A stretch of 54,013 nucleotides of DNA from an uncultured Candidatus Saccharibacteria bacterium (GTDB lineage Bacteria > Patescibacteriota > Saccharimonadia > Saccharimonadales > UBA10212), in NCBI GenBank assembly GCA_964514575.1, contig CAZETJ010000001.1, positions 1 through 54,013 on the forward strand, written 5' to 3'. Positions 18,203 to 28,945 of this stretch are shown here, piece by piece (position 1 is the first letter of the stretch; the number at the start of each line of letters is the position of its first letter). Made by a program: the position numbers and the translations under genes. The notes below the pieces were generated by a model that saw only the letters and a program-made list of their open reading frames with translations, had not been told where the DNA came from and did not search any database.

Positions 18203-19381
18203 CTATTGTAAATATTCATGCAAACGGCGGGTTTCTTTGTTCTTTCGCAGTTTAGCCAGCGCTTTGGCTTCAATTTGACGGATGCGCTCTCTCGTAACCG
18301 AGAATTCCTGGCCGACTTCTTCTAGCGTATGGCTTTTGCCGTCTTCCAGGCCGAAACGCAGTTTGAGAATCTTCTGCTCTCGCTCGGTCAGGCTAGATAG
18401 AATCTGGCGCACCTGCTCTTTGAGCAGCTGTTCTGAAGCTGATTCACTAGGAGTCTTCTGGTCTTCGTCTTCGATAAAATCGCCAAGTACAGAATCTTCC
18501 TCGTCATCACGCACGGAGGCGTCCAAGCTGGAAATGTCCTGCTTAATTTTCATGATGTGCTCGACTTTGTCGACGTCCATTTCCATAGCCGTGGCAATTT
18601 CTTCGTTGGTCGGTTCGCGATTGAGCTCTTGGGTCAGCCGACGTTGGGTGCGCAGCAGTTTATTGATAGTCTCCACCATGTGCACCGGGATACGGATAGT
18701 GCGAGCCTGGTCGGCAATCGCCCTGGTGATAGCTTGGCGGATCCACCAGGTGGCGTATGTACTAAACTTAAAACCGCGGTCCGGGTCGAACTTTTCGACC
18801 GCGCGCAGTAGCCCTGTGTTGCCCTCTTGAATCAGGTCCAAAAGATCCAGTCCGCGGCCAACGTAACGCTTAGCGATGCTGACCACCAGGCGCATATTAG
18901 CTTCGGCCATAGCGTCTTTGGCGCGTTTATCGCCGCGTTTAACTTTCTTGGCCAACGCCAACTCTTCGGGCGGCGTAAGCAAAGGAATCTTGCCGATTTC
19001 ACGCAGATAAAGCCTGACGCTGTCGTCGGCGATATCATCAATGTAAGATGTATCTTCTTTTATTAGTTCTTCGGGTTCGTCCCCGGCGACCCATTCGTGC
19101 TCGCCGTGCAGCTCGGCGGGGCTAGGCTCGGCGGCGGCAATCAATTCGACTTCGTTCTCAGCCATTTCGGCGTAAAGCCGTTCTAGCACGTCAATATTAG
19201 CCGGTGTATCCGGAATCAACTCAAAGACATCACGTTGCTCAAGCTTGCCATCTTTCTTGCCTTGCTCAATTAGCTGTGTGATTTCGCGATCATAAGTTTT
19301 TTTGGTTCGCTTTGGGCCGACGGCCTTTTTGGGCGTTTTAGGCTTTGGCGCTACGGTAGTAGTTTTCTTTTTTTGAGGCAT
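18203..19381 (-). CDS. rpoD: RNA polymerase primary sigma factor
   Basis: [51 protein letters not shown]; ATG 19381 preceded by GGAGG. Confidence 0.99.
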   Translation of the reverse strand: MPQKKKTTTVAPKPKTPKKAVGPKRTKKTYDREITQLIEQGKKDGKLEQRDVFELIPDTPANIDVLERLYAEMAENEVELIAAAEPSPAELHGEHEWVAGDEPEELIKEDTSYIDDIADDSVRLYLREIGKIPLLTPPEELALAKKVKRGDKRAKDAMAEANMRLVVSIAKRYVGRGLDLLDLIQEGNTGLLRAVEKFDPDRGFKFSTYATWWIRQAITRAIADQARTIRIPVHMVETINKLLRTQRRLTQELNREPTNEEIATAMEMDVDKVEHIMKIKQDISSLDASVRDDEEDSVLGDFIEDEDQKTPSESASEQLLKEQVRQILSSLTEREQKILKLRFGLEDGKSHTLEEVGQEFSVTRERIRQIEAKALAKLRKNKETRRLHEYLQ

Positions 19382-19405
19382 ATTATTCCCTCCCAATCTG
19401 TTAAA

Positions 19406-21151
19406 TTAGCTTGCTTGTTTGATCAAGAGATTAAGTTTATCAGCTTTTTTAATAAGCTTCTGCAAATCTTCGCCCTTAGCATTTTCCATCTGCTCGGCGA
19501 TTTTTTCCTTTTCAATTTTGACGAAGCGGTCAATTAGCCGCCGTTTGAGGTTGATGGCCTGTTCTTCCAGATCGGCAAAGGGCGCATCAGCGTAAAGCTC
19601 CTCAAACTGTAACGTTATAATTTTAACATAATCAGCGATGGGGCGCAAAGCAGCGGCAGTCTTCTTATCTGGTACAAATTTGGGATTATCTTTCAAAAAT
19701 TCTAACAAATCTCTAGCTGAACCATCGCTAAAATACTCAGGTTTTGTTTCTTTGAGTATCCAGCGCAGTTTCGGCTGAACCAGCAGCATGGCCAAAAAAT
19801 GATCCTGCAAGCGCTGGTGCTCGACAGCCACTATATCTATTTGCTCACCTCGAATTTTAGGCTTTTTAAAAAGCGGCTGGGGTTCGCTAGCCCCGCTAAA
19901 TTTGGATTTTATGGCTTCCAGGCTGGTGTCAGTCAGTTCAGCGATCCTTTTTAAGTGGTGCTCTCGTTCTACCGGATCACGCAGGCGGCGAATTGTATTG
20001 AGCAAAGCATCCGTGAAAGTTCGTTTGCCCTCGGCAGTACTAAGGTCTAGCTCATCGCGGTAGCGATCAATTAGCCAGTCGGGCGCGTTCAGCGCGTTAT
20101 CAATAGCCTTTTGCCAGGCCGGCAGGTCTTTTTGGATCAATTCATCAGGATCTTTTGCGCCAACGATCGTAATAATGCGCAGATTGACTTCGGCATTCTG
20201 GGCCATCGGAATAATCCGCTCGGTAGCGGCGACTCCTGCGCGATCAGCATCAAAGCTTAGGCGGATATCGCCAGTAAAACGCTTGAGGGCTCGCAGGTGC
20301 TGCTCGGTCATAGCTGTACCGGCACTGGCCACGACATTTTTAACGCCGGCCTGATGGCTGGCAATGACGTCCATGTTCCCTTCCACTACTACGACGATGG
20401 ATGATTTGCGAATCGCCTCTTTAGCCAGATGCAAGCCAAAAACTTGTCGGCTTTTATCATAAACAATGGTTGCCGGCGTATTGATGTATTTAGGGGAGTT
20501 CGGCTCGTCGGCCAGTAGCCGCGCCGTAAAGCCAATGATCTTACCCGAGGGGTCGGCCAGCGGGATCATAATCCGGCCGCGGAACATATCCCGCGCTCCG
20601 CCTGACCGGACGGTGACCAGGCCGGCACGCTTCATTTCGTCTGTAGTAAAGCCTTTTTTGGTCAGAAAATCCGTTAAGGCGGTTCCATTGCTTGGGGAGA
20701 AGCCCAGCCGCCATTCCAACACTGTATTTCTGGAGAACTGGCGCTTTTTCAGCAAATAATCTAGCGCTGGCTTGTTAACGATCAGCTGTCTTTGGTAAAA
20801 TCTGGTGGCCAGTTCCAGGACGTCTAAAGTTCGAGCTTTGAGTTTACTAGCGCCGGATGGCCGTGTTTGATAATCTTCCAGCTCAACACCGGCTTTGCGA
20901 GCCAATAGTTCCAGCGCGCCTTTAAAATCGACGCCTTCGACCTCCATGACAAAGCTAAAAATATCGCCGCCCTTGCCGCTAGAAAAGTCGTGCCAAATCT
21001 GTTTTTCCGGGCTGACGATAAAGCTCGCTGTCCGCTCATTAGTCCACGGGCTCAGACCCTTGAAGTTGCGGCCGGTACGCTTGAGCTGAACGTATTCGCC
21101 CAAAACGTCCTCAATATTAAGCCGGCTTCTAATCTCCGCAACAGCGTCCAT
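19406..21151 (-). CDS. dnaG: DNA primase
   Basis: ERTASF.V, D.FRGRIMIP, PKYINTP, VEGNMDV, FDAD.AG, KDPDE; zinc-binding Cys residues replaced as in many CPR primases (SPWT, HDFSS). Confidence 0.98.
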   Translation of the reverse strand: MDAVAEIRSRLNIEDVLGEYVQLKRTGRNFKGLSPWTNERTASFIVSPEKQIWHDFSSGKGGDIFSFVMEVEGVDFKGALELLARKAGVELEDYQTRPSGASKLKARTLDVLELATRFYQRQLIVNKPALDYLLKKRQFSRNTVLEWRLGFSPSNGTALTDFLTKKGFTTDEMKRAGLVTVRSGGARDMFRGRIMIPLADPSGKIIGFTARLLADEPNSPKYINTPATIVYDKSRQVFGLHLAKEAIRKSSIVVVVEGNMDVIASHQAGVKNVVASAGTAMTEQHLRALKRFTGDIRLSFDADRAGVAATERIIPMAQNAEVNLRIITIVGAKDPDELIQKDLPAWQKAIDNALNAPDWLIDRYRDELDLSTAEGKRTFTDALLNTIRRLRDPVEREHHLKRIAELTDTSLEAIKSKFSGASEPQPLFKKPKIRGEQIDIVAVEHQRLQDHFLAMLLVQPKLRWILKETKPEYFSDGSARDLLEFLKDNPKFVPDKKTAAALRPIADYVKIITLQFEELYADAPFADLEEQAINLKRRLIDRFVKIEKEKIAEQMENAKGEDLQKLIKKADKLNLLIKQAS

Positions 21152-21312
21152 CCCGTTAGAACCTCAAGACAGCTTCAAAGTTAATAATATGTAGACGCAC
21201 GCACACGTGTTCAGTCGTTAACCAAAGTACGGAAGTCAAGTGGGCTCTAACGGGATCCATATATTTAAGAGTATATAGCTTGCCGCCCCTTGCTGACAGC
21301 TTAAGCGTCTTA

Positions 21313-21627
21313 TTAGCTGACTAGTTCGTAGCTGTGGCGAATCAGGTCTTTGACCTCTTCCCAGCTCAATTGTCCAGTCAGTAAAATGGTGTTCCAATGC
21401 TTTTTATTAAGATGATAGCCAGGCAAAACCGTCTCGTACTTAGCGCGCAGCGTTTCGGCGAGAAGCGGGTCGCACTTTAAGCTCAGCTGAACCGGATCCT
21501 TACCTTCGGTAATTAAAGCAAACATCTTATCTTTGGCTTTATAGACGGCCACGCCTTGGTCAAAAGGATAATCTAGCCGGACGTTCGGCATGCTCAGGAT
21601 GTACTCTTCTACCTCTTTATGCTGCAC
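21313..21627 (-). CDS. MmcQ/YjbR-family protein
   Basis: KMFA, LKCDP, PGYHLNKKHWN. Confidence 0.93.
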   Translation of the reverse strand: MQHKEVEEYILSMPNVRLDYPFDQGVAVYKAKDKMFALITEGKDPVQLSLKCDPLLAETLRAKYETVLPGYHLNKKHWNTILLTGQLSWEEVKDLIRHSYELVS

Positions 21628-21720
21628 GATTCAATTCTACCAGTTGTTGTGGTTAACCAGACCGCTTATTCGACAAGGGGCCATAAAGCGTATAATAAAA
21701 GTACAAACCTGGGGAGGTAT

Positions 21721-23541
21721 GTGATGGCTTTGGCTAAATTAGCGAGGGTGGCTAAACAAACACAAACAAAAGTTTTCAATATTTCATTAGCGACAATAAT
21801 CGGTTTAAGTAGCCTGTTCTCGACCGTGCCGTTTTTATTTAGCCAGAGTGCTATGGCAGCGCCCACGCCGAACGTTGTATACAATGCGATCCCTAGTACA
21901 CTACCGCCAAATGTAGCCAGCGTCGGATTCGAGGCGAATCAGACGGCTGAGTTTGGCGATTATATCCATCTGGCAGGCACAGACCGCGCTCTCCAAACCG
22001 TTACTGTAACAATGAGCGACTGGGCGCTCGCGGCAACACCAAACAACGTGACGTTCTGCTCAGCTAACCCTTCAAACTGTACTCCTGACGGCTTCAACTA
22101 TCTAATTACCCTTAACATCTATAATGCTGTTCCAGGGTCTCCGCTGAACACGCGCGGTACGCTAATCGCGACGCAACCTCAAACATTTAACATCCCTTGG
22201 CGTCCAGTGGCGGATCCCACCTGTCTTGGAGGCACTGCCTGGCGAGCTGGCGACGGCAACTGCTATAACGGCCTTGCATTCAACATCACTTTTGATCTTA
22301 GTAGCTTGAATGCCACTCTGCCAAACGATGTAATCGTTGGCGTTGCGTTCAATACGCAAGTTTGGGGCGCAAGCCCGGTCGGTATAGACGGACCGTACGA
22401 TTCGCTCAATGTCGGCGTAGAAGGCTCGGCAACGGTTGGCACTGATGACAATATAGACCGTGTCTTCTGGAATACCCAAACCGCTGCCAACTATACCGAC
22501 CATGGTGCCGGTGGCGTCGGAATCTTCCGCGAGGACACAGCATGGGGAGTGCCCGCCACTTCCATAGCTGAAGGAACCATACCATTCCAGATTACAGCCG
22601 TGCCTGCTCTGGTAACTGACACAGATGGCAATCAAACGACGACTCTTTCAAATGCTGTTACACAGAGCGGTTCGGATAGTAATGGCGGAACTGTCACAGT
22701 CCAGATTCCACAAGGAACCGTTGTAACTGGTGATTCATCGTGGGATGGTACTATCAATCCACCAACGATTAGTTCGACAACTCTTCCAAGTGTTTCCGGG
22801 TTTACGCTTACACCTACATCCGTCATTGAGATTGGTTCTAGTAGTGTCGACCTAACCTTCAATAGTGCCGTTCGCATACTTTTTCCTGGAGCGGCTAATA
22901 ACTTAGTAGGATTTATCCCTGTAGGTGGCGCTTTTACCCCGATAACCACGGTCTGTAACGGAGATACTCAAAGTCAAGCCAATAGTCAGCTACTTCCCGC
23001 AGGCGGTGCCTGCTACATAAACGCCGCCAATGGTACGGATTTAGTAGTTTGGACTACTCACTTTACTCAATTTGTTACCTACACCAAGACTGTGACTCCA
23101 GCTGCTCAGACAACGAAGGGCAATACATACGCAGTACAGCCTGGCGACACTATGAGCGCGATTGCCGGCAAGTTCGGCTTGACTCTCAGCCAGTTGGAAG
23201 GCTTGAATCCGCAAGCCGGCCATCCAGCGGGTAATTTTGACCTCATCTTACCTGGCGACGTGCTTAATGTAGGCGGTGCGGTTGTGACCACAAAGGCCGC
23301 GGCGGCTGGTACAGTCCCCGGTCCATCCAGTGCTGGACAAGCCAGCTCGACATCAACGACATCCAGCGCTTCACCATTATCCGGCAATGGCTCCGTTAAA
23401 GCCGCCGAAGTCGGCACTACTGGCGCCAAAGCTACCGGTCTGAAGTGGTATTGGTGGCTAACTATCGCTGCTGTAATCGTACTGGCAGCCGGCGGTTACG
23501 GCCTTTACGCGAAGAAGTTCACTCTCAAGCGCGACAAATAA
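21721..23541 (+). CDS. Secreted, C-terminally anchored surface protein with LysM domain
   Basis: GGAGG then GTG 21721; signal peptide; beta-rich domains; LysM YAVQPGDTMSAIAGKFGLTLSQLEGLNP; S/T/A linker; C-terminal TM with basic tail. Confidence 0.88.
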   Translation: MMALAKLARVAKQTQTKVFNISLATIIGLSSLFSTVPFLFSQSAMAAPTPNVVYNAIPSTLPPNVASVGFEANQTAEFGDYIHLAGTDRALQTVTVTMSDWALAATPNNVTFCSANPSNCTPDGFNYLITLNIYNAVPGSPLNTRGTLIATQPQTFNIPWRPVADPTCLGGTAWRAGDGNCYNGLAFNITFDLSSLNATLPNDVIVGVAFNTQVWGASPVGIDGPYDSLNVGVEGSATVGTDDNIDRVFWNTQTAANYTDHGAGGVGIFREDTAWGVPATSIAEGTIPFQITAVPALVTDTDGNQTTTLSNAVTQSGSDSNGGTVTVQIPQGTVVTGDSSWDGTINPPTISSTTLPSVSGFTLTPTSVIEIGSSSVDLTFNSAVRILFPGAANNLVGFIPVGGAFTPITTVCNGDTQSQANSQLLPAGGACYINAANGTDLVVWTTHFTQFVTYTKTVTPAAQTTKGNTYAVQPGDTMSAIAGKFGLTLSQLEGLNPQAGHPAGNFDLILPGDVLNVGGAVVTTKAAAAGTVPGPSSAGQASSTSTTSSASPLSGNGSVKAAEVGTTGAKATGLKWYWWLTIAAVIVLAAGGYGLYAKKFTLKRDK

Positions 23542-23557
23542 TCGAAAACTCTGTAGC

Positions 23558-23803
23558 TTAGTCTTTGGGGATACGAGTGATCAACTCAGCCACGACTAAA
23601 GCTACGCCAAAACCGGCAAAATAGCGCCAGTTCATTGACCACCAGCTTGGACCGCCAGCTCCACTACCCCATGTGAAAAATAAATAGCTAGTAACCGTAG
23701 TGGCTGAAAAGCCTAGTAGAACCGCCACGATTATATTATTCGATTTCCGATCGCGTAGTATGTTCCAAAGCGCCGGTTTAAGATATCTCACGCCGCACTC
23801 CAT
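23558..23803 (-). CDS. Small 2-TM membrane protein
   Basis: Two hydrophobic helices; follows msrB on the same strand. Confidence 0.55.
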   Translation of the reverse strand: MECGVRYLKPALWNILRDRKSNNIIVAVLLGFSATTVTSYLFFTWGSGAGGPSWWSMNWRYFAGFGVALVVAELITRIPKD

Positions 23804-23830
23804 TTAATTAATAAGCGCAGTATAACGTAT

Positions 23831-24229
23831 TTACTTAGTTTTTTTAGGCTGAAAATCCAGGCTGGCGGAATTGATGCAAAAACGCTTGCCAGTCGGTTGA
23901 TCCGGTGCGTCTTCAAAGACGTGGCCAAGATGACTGCCACAGTTGGCGCAGCTGGCCTCTACTCGGTGCATGCCGTGTGAATTATCTTCGGTTAATTTTA
24001 TTGCATCAGATGAGAAAACGTCATAAAAGCTCGGCCAGCCGGAGCCGCTATCAAATTTAGTGTCGCTAGAAAAAAGCTTGGCTCCACAAACCGCGCAGTT
24101 GTACATGCCGGTCTCTTTGTTATGCAGAAACTGGCCGGTGAGCGGCGCTTCGGTGCCCTTTTCGCGCAAGATGTGATACTGCTCGGGCGTCAGTTTCTTT
24201 TTTAGCTCGTCTTCGGATAATTTAGCCAC
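23831..24229 (-). CDS. msrB: Peptide-methionine (R)-S-oxide reductase
   Basis: [35 protein letters not shown]. Confidence 0.98.
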   Translation of the reverse strand: MAKLSEDELKKKLTPEQYHILREKGTEAPLTGQFLHNKETGMYNCAVCGAKLFSSDTKFDSGSGWPSFYDVFSSDAIKLTEDNSHGMHRVEASCANCGSHLGHVFEDAPDQPTGKRFCINSASLDFQPKKTK

Positions 24230-25866
24230 TAAACTTTCTCCGGCGCCTCAATACCTAGTAGTTTTAAGCCGTGGTTTAGGACATTGGCATAAGCCTCTAC
24301 CAGTAGTAGCCTTTCGTTTTGTCTCTTGTCACCGATGACCTGATTGACTTCATAAAAACGATTGAAACTTTGCGCTAGTTCGTACAGGTAAGTACAAATG
24401 TGGGATGGCATCAGCTCAGCGGCTGCACTGCTCACAACTTCCGGATATTCCGAAATTTTTCTGGTAAGCGGTCTTTCAGATGGATCAAATGTCTTTCCGC
24501 CGAAGACGTTCGAATAAGTGCCGTCTGATTTTTTAATAATGCTTCTGGCCCGAGCATGAGCGTACTGCAAATATGGACCACTATTTCCTTCTAGGCTAAA
24601 TGACTCCGCCATATCGTAAACAATGTCGCTACCTAGGCGATGCTTCAGAAATCCATATTTTATGGCAGCATTTCGAACCGAACTTGATGCTTCGCCAAAA
24701 GTCTTTTGGATATTTTCATCCACATCAACAATTGAGCTAAGGGCACTGTAGACTTCCCCGGTACGACTGCTCATCTTGCCCGAGCTTAACGAAACAAAAC
24801 CGTGATAAATATGCGTTGTTATATTGGCCGTTGCCGGGTCGAATTCTTTCAAAGCCGCCAACATAACCTTGAAGTATTCAGCCTGCTCGTGCGCCGTAAT
24901 GATTATCGAACAATCTGCTTTGGGATAGGCTTCTTTTTTGAGTTCCGCCAGCCCAAGATCTTTGGTTTCGTAAGTCGGCAAGCCGGCTGAAGTTATAAAA
25001 ACGCGGGTATGCAGGCCGACTTTCTCGCCCTTATAAACAATGGCTCCGTCGCTTTTCTCAAAGACTTTTCCGAGATTCTGTTCAACCAGTTTTTCACCTT
25101 TTTCTGCTGATCCACTCTCTAAAAACCGTTTGGCCTGATGAGTTCCTAGATCTTTCAAGACCTGGTCGAAGTAGTCAAAGCTTTTTTGCTTGCCCCAATC
25201 GTAGAGCTCGTTGATTTTGGGATCGCTGCGGTCGTAAATTTGTTGGTTGATCCGCTCGATTTTCACCTTGGCTTTCTCATCGTGCTCGTAAGCTAAGCTG
25301 CCTTTGGAGTAATATAGCCCGATGTTGTTTCGAACTGTATCGCCGACCTTTCCCTTGTCAAAGTTTGGGTCATTTCTCATGCCCCAGATCGCTTTGGCAA
25401 CATGTAAACCGACGTCACCGTGGTAACTTAGGCGCTCAACTTTGGCACCGCTAGCTTCTAGAAGCGACGAAATAGCATCGCCGAGCACATAGCCATAAAC
25501 GTGTCCTATGTGCATCTCCTTAAAGGGATTCGGATCACCAAATTCGACCAGAATTTCCTGGCCGTGGTTAGGTTTCGGGAGCTCCGCGGCTGACATAGCG
25601 GCTTGCCATAAAGCCTCGTCCGAAAGTCTAACGTTTATAAAGCCAGGACCGGCAGTTTCGGCTTTAATGCCTTGCCCTTTAAGCTCATCAACGATTTTGG
25701 CGGCAATTTCTTGTGGCTTTTTACCATTTTTTTTAGCCAACTGCAAAGCGACGTTAGTCGAAAAATCGCCGAATTGCTCCTCGGGCCGTGTTAGCTCAGG
25801 CTCAACCGACCCGTCAAACTCTTGGCAGGCTTTTTTAATCGCCGATTTAAGCTCTTCTATAATCAC
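24229..25866 (-). CDS. argS: Arginine--tRNA ligase
   Basis: [30 protein letters not shown]. Confidence 0.98.
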   Translation of the reverse strand: MIIEELKSAIKKACQEFDGSVEPELTRPEEQFGDFSTNVALQLAKKNGKKPQEIAAKIVDELKGQGIKAETAGPGFINVRLSDEALWQAAMSAAELPKPNHGQEILVEFGDPNPFKEMHIGHVYGYVLGDAISSLLEASGAKVERLSYHGDVGLHVAKAIWGMRNDPNFDKGKVGDTVRNNIGLYYSKGSLAYEHDEKAKVKIERINQQIYDRSDPKINELYDWGKQKSFDYFDQVLKDLGTHQAKRFLESGSAEKGEKLVEQNLGKVFEKSDGAIVYKGEKVGLHTRVFITSAGLPTYETKDLGLAELKKEAYPKADCSIIITAHEQAEYFKVMLAALKEFDPATANITTHIYHGFVSLSSGKMSSRTGEVYSALSSIVDVDENIQKTFGEASSSVRNAAIKYGFLKHRLGSDIVYDMAESFSLEGNSGPYLQYAHARARSIIKKSDGTYSNVFGGKTFDPSERPLTRKISEYPEVVSSAAAELMPSHICTYLYELAQSFNRFYEVNQVIGDKRQNERLLLVEAYANVLNHGLKLLGIEAPEKV

Positions 25867-25894
25867 CTCTTAATAATATAAGGCGGAGCCAGTT

Positions 25895-26566
25895 TTAGAA
25901 ACTCCTCAGAGCGCTTACACCGCGGTGCAGCGACCAGTAAAGGACCGAAAGAACCACAAAAAATAGACCAGTCAGCGAAAAAGCGTGCGGGTGGCCCAGT
26001 GGATCTATCAGCCGGTCTGAGACATTGATAATGATGCCGCTGGGGTTAGAAATTACGTCCCAGCTGTTCCAGCGCAACACTCGCCCCAAATAAATCGCAT
26101 AGCTAGAAACCAAGAGTACTGCTTCGACCGCCAAGAACGACATCTTGGGCGTAAAACGTTTACTAAACTCCCGGTGAACTAAATAAAGGCTGGTGTAGCC
26201 TAAAACAAATCCTGTAAATGTCACGCACATCATCAGAACAATGTCGTAAAGTTCGCTGATCTCCCCGGTTGGATAAACATGTATAAAATCGGTCAGAAGA
26301 TACCAAGTGTTTGGTAGGAAAAATAGCCAAAGCGCCGATAAAATTATATTCGACCAGCTTTTCCAGTGGCGGGTTTTTAGTTGTTCCGTCAATAACCAGC
26401 CAAAATATAATCCAGCCCAGGCCAAAACCAAGTTGCCTGGGACGAAAAAGTAGCGCAGTGTACTGGTGTTTATTGCCCGATAGACCAAAAGAACTAGGCA
26501 AAGTAGAGTGAGTAACCCCACGGCCTCAAAATAGTGCTTACTGGCTTTAGTCTTCGGCCACCACAT
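25895..26566 (-). CDS. DUF1361-family membrane protein
   Basis: WL.FLPNT.YL.TDFIH, IYLGR.LRWNSWD. Confidence 0.88.
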   Translation of the reverse strand: MWWPKTKASKHYFEAVGLLTLLCLVLLVYRAINTSTLRYFFVPGNLVLAWAGLYFGWLLTEQLKTRHWKSWSNIILSALWLFFLPNTWYLLTDFIHVYPTGEISELYDIVLMMCVTFTGFVLGYTSLYLVHREFSKRFTPKMSFLAVEAVLLVSSYAIYLGRVLRWNSWDVISNPSGIIINVSDRLIDPLGHPHAFSLTGLFFVVLSVLYWSLHRGVSALRSF

Positions 26567-26615
26567 GGCCTAATTATAGCTTGACCAAGAAGAAAAAACA
26601 CTAAACATATAAAAA

Positions 26616-26646
26616 CATTTACATATTTGAATGGTTAATGTATTCT
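26616..26646 (+). promoter_or_regulatory. Putative sigma-70 promoter with overlapping imperfect inverted repeat (candidate ArsR operator)
   Basis: TTTACA(26618)-N17-TATTCT(26641); imperfect palindrome CATTTACA-TA-TTTGAATG at 26616-26633 overlaps the -35. Confidence 0.45.
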
Positions 26647-26655
26647 GCTAGTAGC

Positions 26656-26928
26656 ATGACCGACACTCAAAGAGTTAATTTGCTAAAAGCCCTGGCCGAC
26701 CCAACCCGGTTGAAACTGGTGCGTTCCCTTGCCGCCTGTTCTACACACCAAAAAAGTTGCAGCGACCTGTCGGCAAATGCCGATCTTAGCCAGCCAGCAA
26801 TGAGCCATCACTTTTCCAAGCTAGCCGCCGCTGGAGTTGTATCGGAGAACAAGCATGGCACAAAGAAATCATATGTTCTGAACACTCGCCTGCTGACTGA
26901 GGTCGGCATCGATATTAATAAACTATAA
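26656..26928 (+). CDS. ArsR/SmtB-family transcriptional regulator
   Basis: LKALADPTRL.LV, LSQPAMSHH..KL..AG.V; likely start ATG 26656. Confidence 0.92.
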   Translation: MTDTQRVNLLKALADPTRLKLVRSLAACSTHQKSCSDLSANADLSQPAMSHHFSKLAAAGVVSENKHGTKKSYVLNTRLLTEVGIDINKL

Positions 26929-26942
26929 AAAGGAGCACATTC

Positions 26943-27533
26943 ATGAAAGTACAGATAATCATAGGAAGCACCCGCCCGAATCGTGTCACCCCCCGTCTGG
27001 CCAAGTGGGTCGCCTCGGAGGCCAAGAATATACCCGACACCACGGTCGAGATATTAGATCTTGGCGACTATCCGTTGCCTTTGTTCAACGAGCCAGGCTC
27101 GCCGCAGTTCACTCCTGAGCGTAAACCGGACACGCCTACTAATAAATGGCTGCTTAAGCTTGCCGAGGCCGATGCCTACATCTTAGTCACGCCCGAATAT
27201 AACCGTTCTACCTCGGGCGTTTTGAAGAATGCGCTTGATTACATTGATTTTCAGTTAGAGAAAAAACCAGTAGCTTTGGTTGGCCACGGTTCGACCGGAG
27301 GCGCACAAGCTGTGTCGCACCTGCGCGGCATCATTCCGGGCCTGCTGGCGGTTACTATGCCACGAGCGACTTACTTTCACGGAGCCAGTGAAAATTTGGA
27401 TGAAAACGGGGTTTTAAGCACCGAGATAAGCTCCAAGCCGTACGGTCCACACACGGCTATTAAGCAGACTCTGGAAGACCTCAAGTGGTACAGCGATGCC
27501 CTAAAAGCTGGCCGGCCTGAACAAAAAAGCTAG
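26943..27533 (+). CDS. NADPH-dependent FMN reductase
   Basis: GSTRPNR, TPEYNRS.SGVLKNALDY, KKPV. Confidence 0.93.
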   Translation: MKVQIIIGSTRPNRVTPRLAKWVASEAKNIPDTTVEILDLGDYPLPLFNEPGSPQFTPERKPDTPTNKWLLKLAEADAYILVTPEYNRSTSGVLKNALDYIDFQLEKKPVALVGHGSTGGAQAVSHLRGIIPGLLAVTMPRATYFHGASENLDENGVLSTEISSKPYGPHTAIKQTLEDLKWYSDALKAGRPEQKS

Positions 27534-27550
27534 AAACTACTCATTTGGAT

Positions 27551-27634
27551 AAATCGCGAGGCGCTGGCGAGGAGCTCGAGCGAGGTGTATTCAAATACAT
27601 CGAGCGAGCACCGGAGCTAGCAACACTGCGATTT
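27551..27634. repeat. Long imperfect palindrome (REP/RPE-like element) between convergent genes
   Basis: AAATCGC..GCGATTT ends, GCTGGC/GCTAGC arms, central GGTGTAT-TCAA-ATACATC hairpin. Confidence 0.55.
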
Positions 27635-27696
27635 GCCAAAAAGGCTGGCGGTGTTGCCGGCTTCGCCGGGAAGCAGGTCAGCCTGCTGGGCGATTT

Positions 27697-28368
27697 CTAG
27701 CGGTAGTAAACGAGCCACTGTGGACTGTCAATAATATGTTCGATTCGATAGTTCAAATCTTTAAGAGCTTTTTCTCGACCGGCTTGGTCGAGGCCTAAGA
27801 CATTCGTTGCCACGAACGGTTCGTGCACATTGAAACCGCAGAAACCCAGCGTGCCCCAGTTAATTGGATGCAGAATCTGAACGATGCTAGCTCGGTGCGC
27901 CCCGTCTGGTTGGTAATATTCGGTTGGATGGCCGGCGGCTAGCACCAGCATGGCTTGTTTACCGCGCATTAGTCCATTTTCATAAAATTTGCCGCTGTCC
28001 CAGGCCACACCCATGGCCAAAACTCGGTCGAACCAGCCCTTCAAAATAGCCGGCAAGCTCATCCACCACAGCGGAGCCACGAATAAAATCAAATCAGCGG
28101 CTTGAATTTTTTGAATTTCAGCCACGATATCGGGAGAAAAGGCCATGGAAAGTTTAGCGGCGTGTTTTTGTTCCAGCATGTAATTAAAATGTTCGCCGGT
28201 GGTTGTTACAAAATCCCATTTTTGGGCAGATGGATTAAAACCTTGGCCATATAGGTCGCTAAGCGTAACGTTGTGGCCCTTTTCGCTTAGCTCTTCGGTG
28301 ACCGTATTTTTCATAGCCGAAACAAAGCTAGTTGGCTCGTTATGCGCGTACACCACCAAAACATTCAT
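27697..28368 (-). CDS. NAD(P)H:quinone oxidoreductase, flavodoxin-2 family
   Basis: VYAHNEP.SF, DLY..GFNP, P.WW.S.PAILKGWFDRV. Confidence 0.92.
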   Translation of the reverse strand: MNVLVVYAHNEPTSFVSAMKNTVTEELSEKGHNVTLSDLYGQGFNPSAQKWDFVTTTGEHFNYMLEQKHAAKLSMAFSPDIVAEIQKIQAADLILFVAPLWWMSLPAILKGWFDRVLAMGVAWDSGKFYENGLMRGKQAMLVLAAGHPTEYYQPDGAHRASIVQILHPINWGTLGFCGFNVHEPFVATNVLGLDQAGREKALKDLNYRIEHIIDSPQWLVYYR

Positions 28369-28428
28369 GTTATTTTCCCGCCCATACTACGCTTTATTGT
28401 AGCGCAGTTACGGATATAGTTTCAGGTT

Positions 28429-28902
28429 TTAGGCAGCAGCGCCAAGGGGTCGGACGGCTTGGTCCTGAAGATGAAAAATCATCTGGCTGATCTTCCAACT
28501 ACCGCTAGAGGTCTTCACTAGAATGTAATCGATAGTGCCGCGGACCGTCCATACGTAGCGCTCACCCCGATCAGCCACATAGTGTTTGTGTTCCACGGAA
28601 GTGCTAACTTTGGCCCGCCTGGAATTCACCATCCTAACGGCTAGTCGTTTAATAAAATGGCGTGTCGAGTAAAAGTAGCTGCCAATTTCACGCCGCCAAC
28701 CATCAACCAGCCGATGTCTCGACATAGTCGAGGGCGTTTCGCCAGTGATTGATTTATCGTCAACGAACGGAGTTTTGACAAAATATTCTTCCAGCTGTTC
28801 CCATTGGCGCAGGTCCTGAAGACTGGCCACAGTCGTCACTACATCTTTGATTTGCTGTTTGTCATTCATCTGGAAGTCTCCTATTGGTTCATTTTTGTTC
28901 AC
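28429..28902 (-). CDS. SnoaL/NTF2-like protein
   Basis: D..QWE.L...F....VD, T.H, G...Y.L......WKI. Confidence 0.75.
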   Translation of the reverse strand: MNKNEPIGDFQMNDKQQIKDVVTTVASLQDLRQWEQLEEYFVKTPFVDDKSITGETPSTMSRHRLVDGWRREIGSYFYSTRHFIKRLAVRMVNSRRAKVSTSVEHKHYVADRGERYVWTVRGTIDYILVKTSSGSWKISQMIFHLQDQAVRPLGAAA

Positions 28903-28945
28903 ACTTCCATCATACCGCGTAAAAGCTGAGAGTTCCCTAAGAAAC

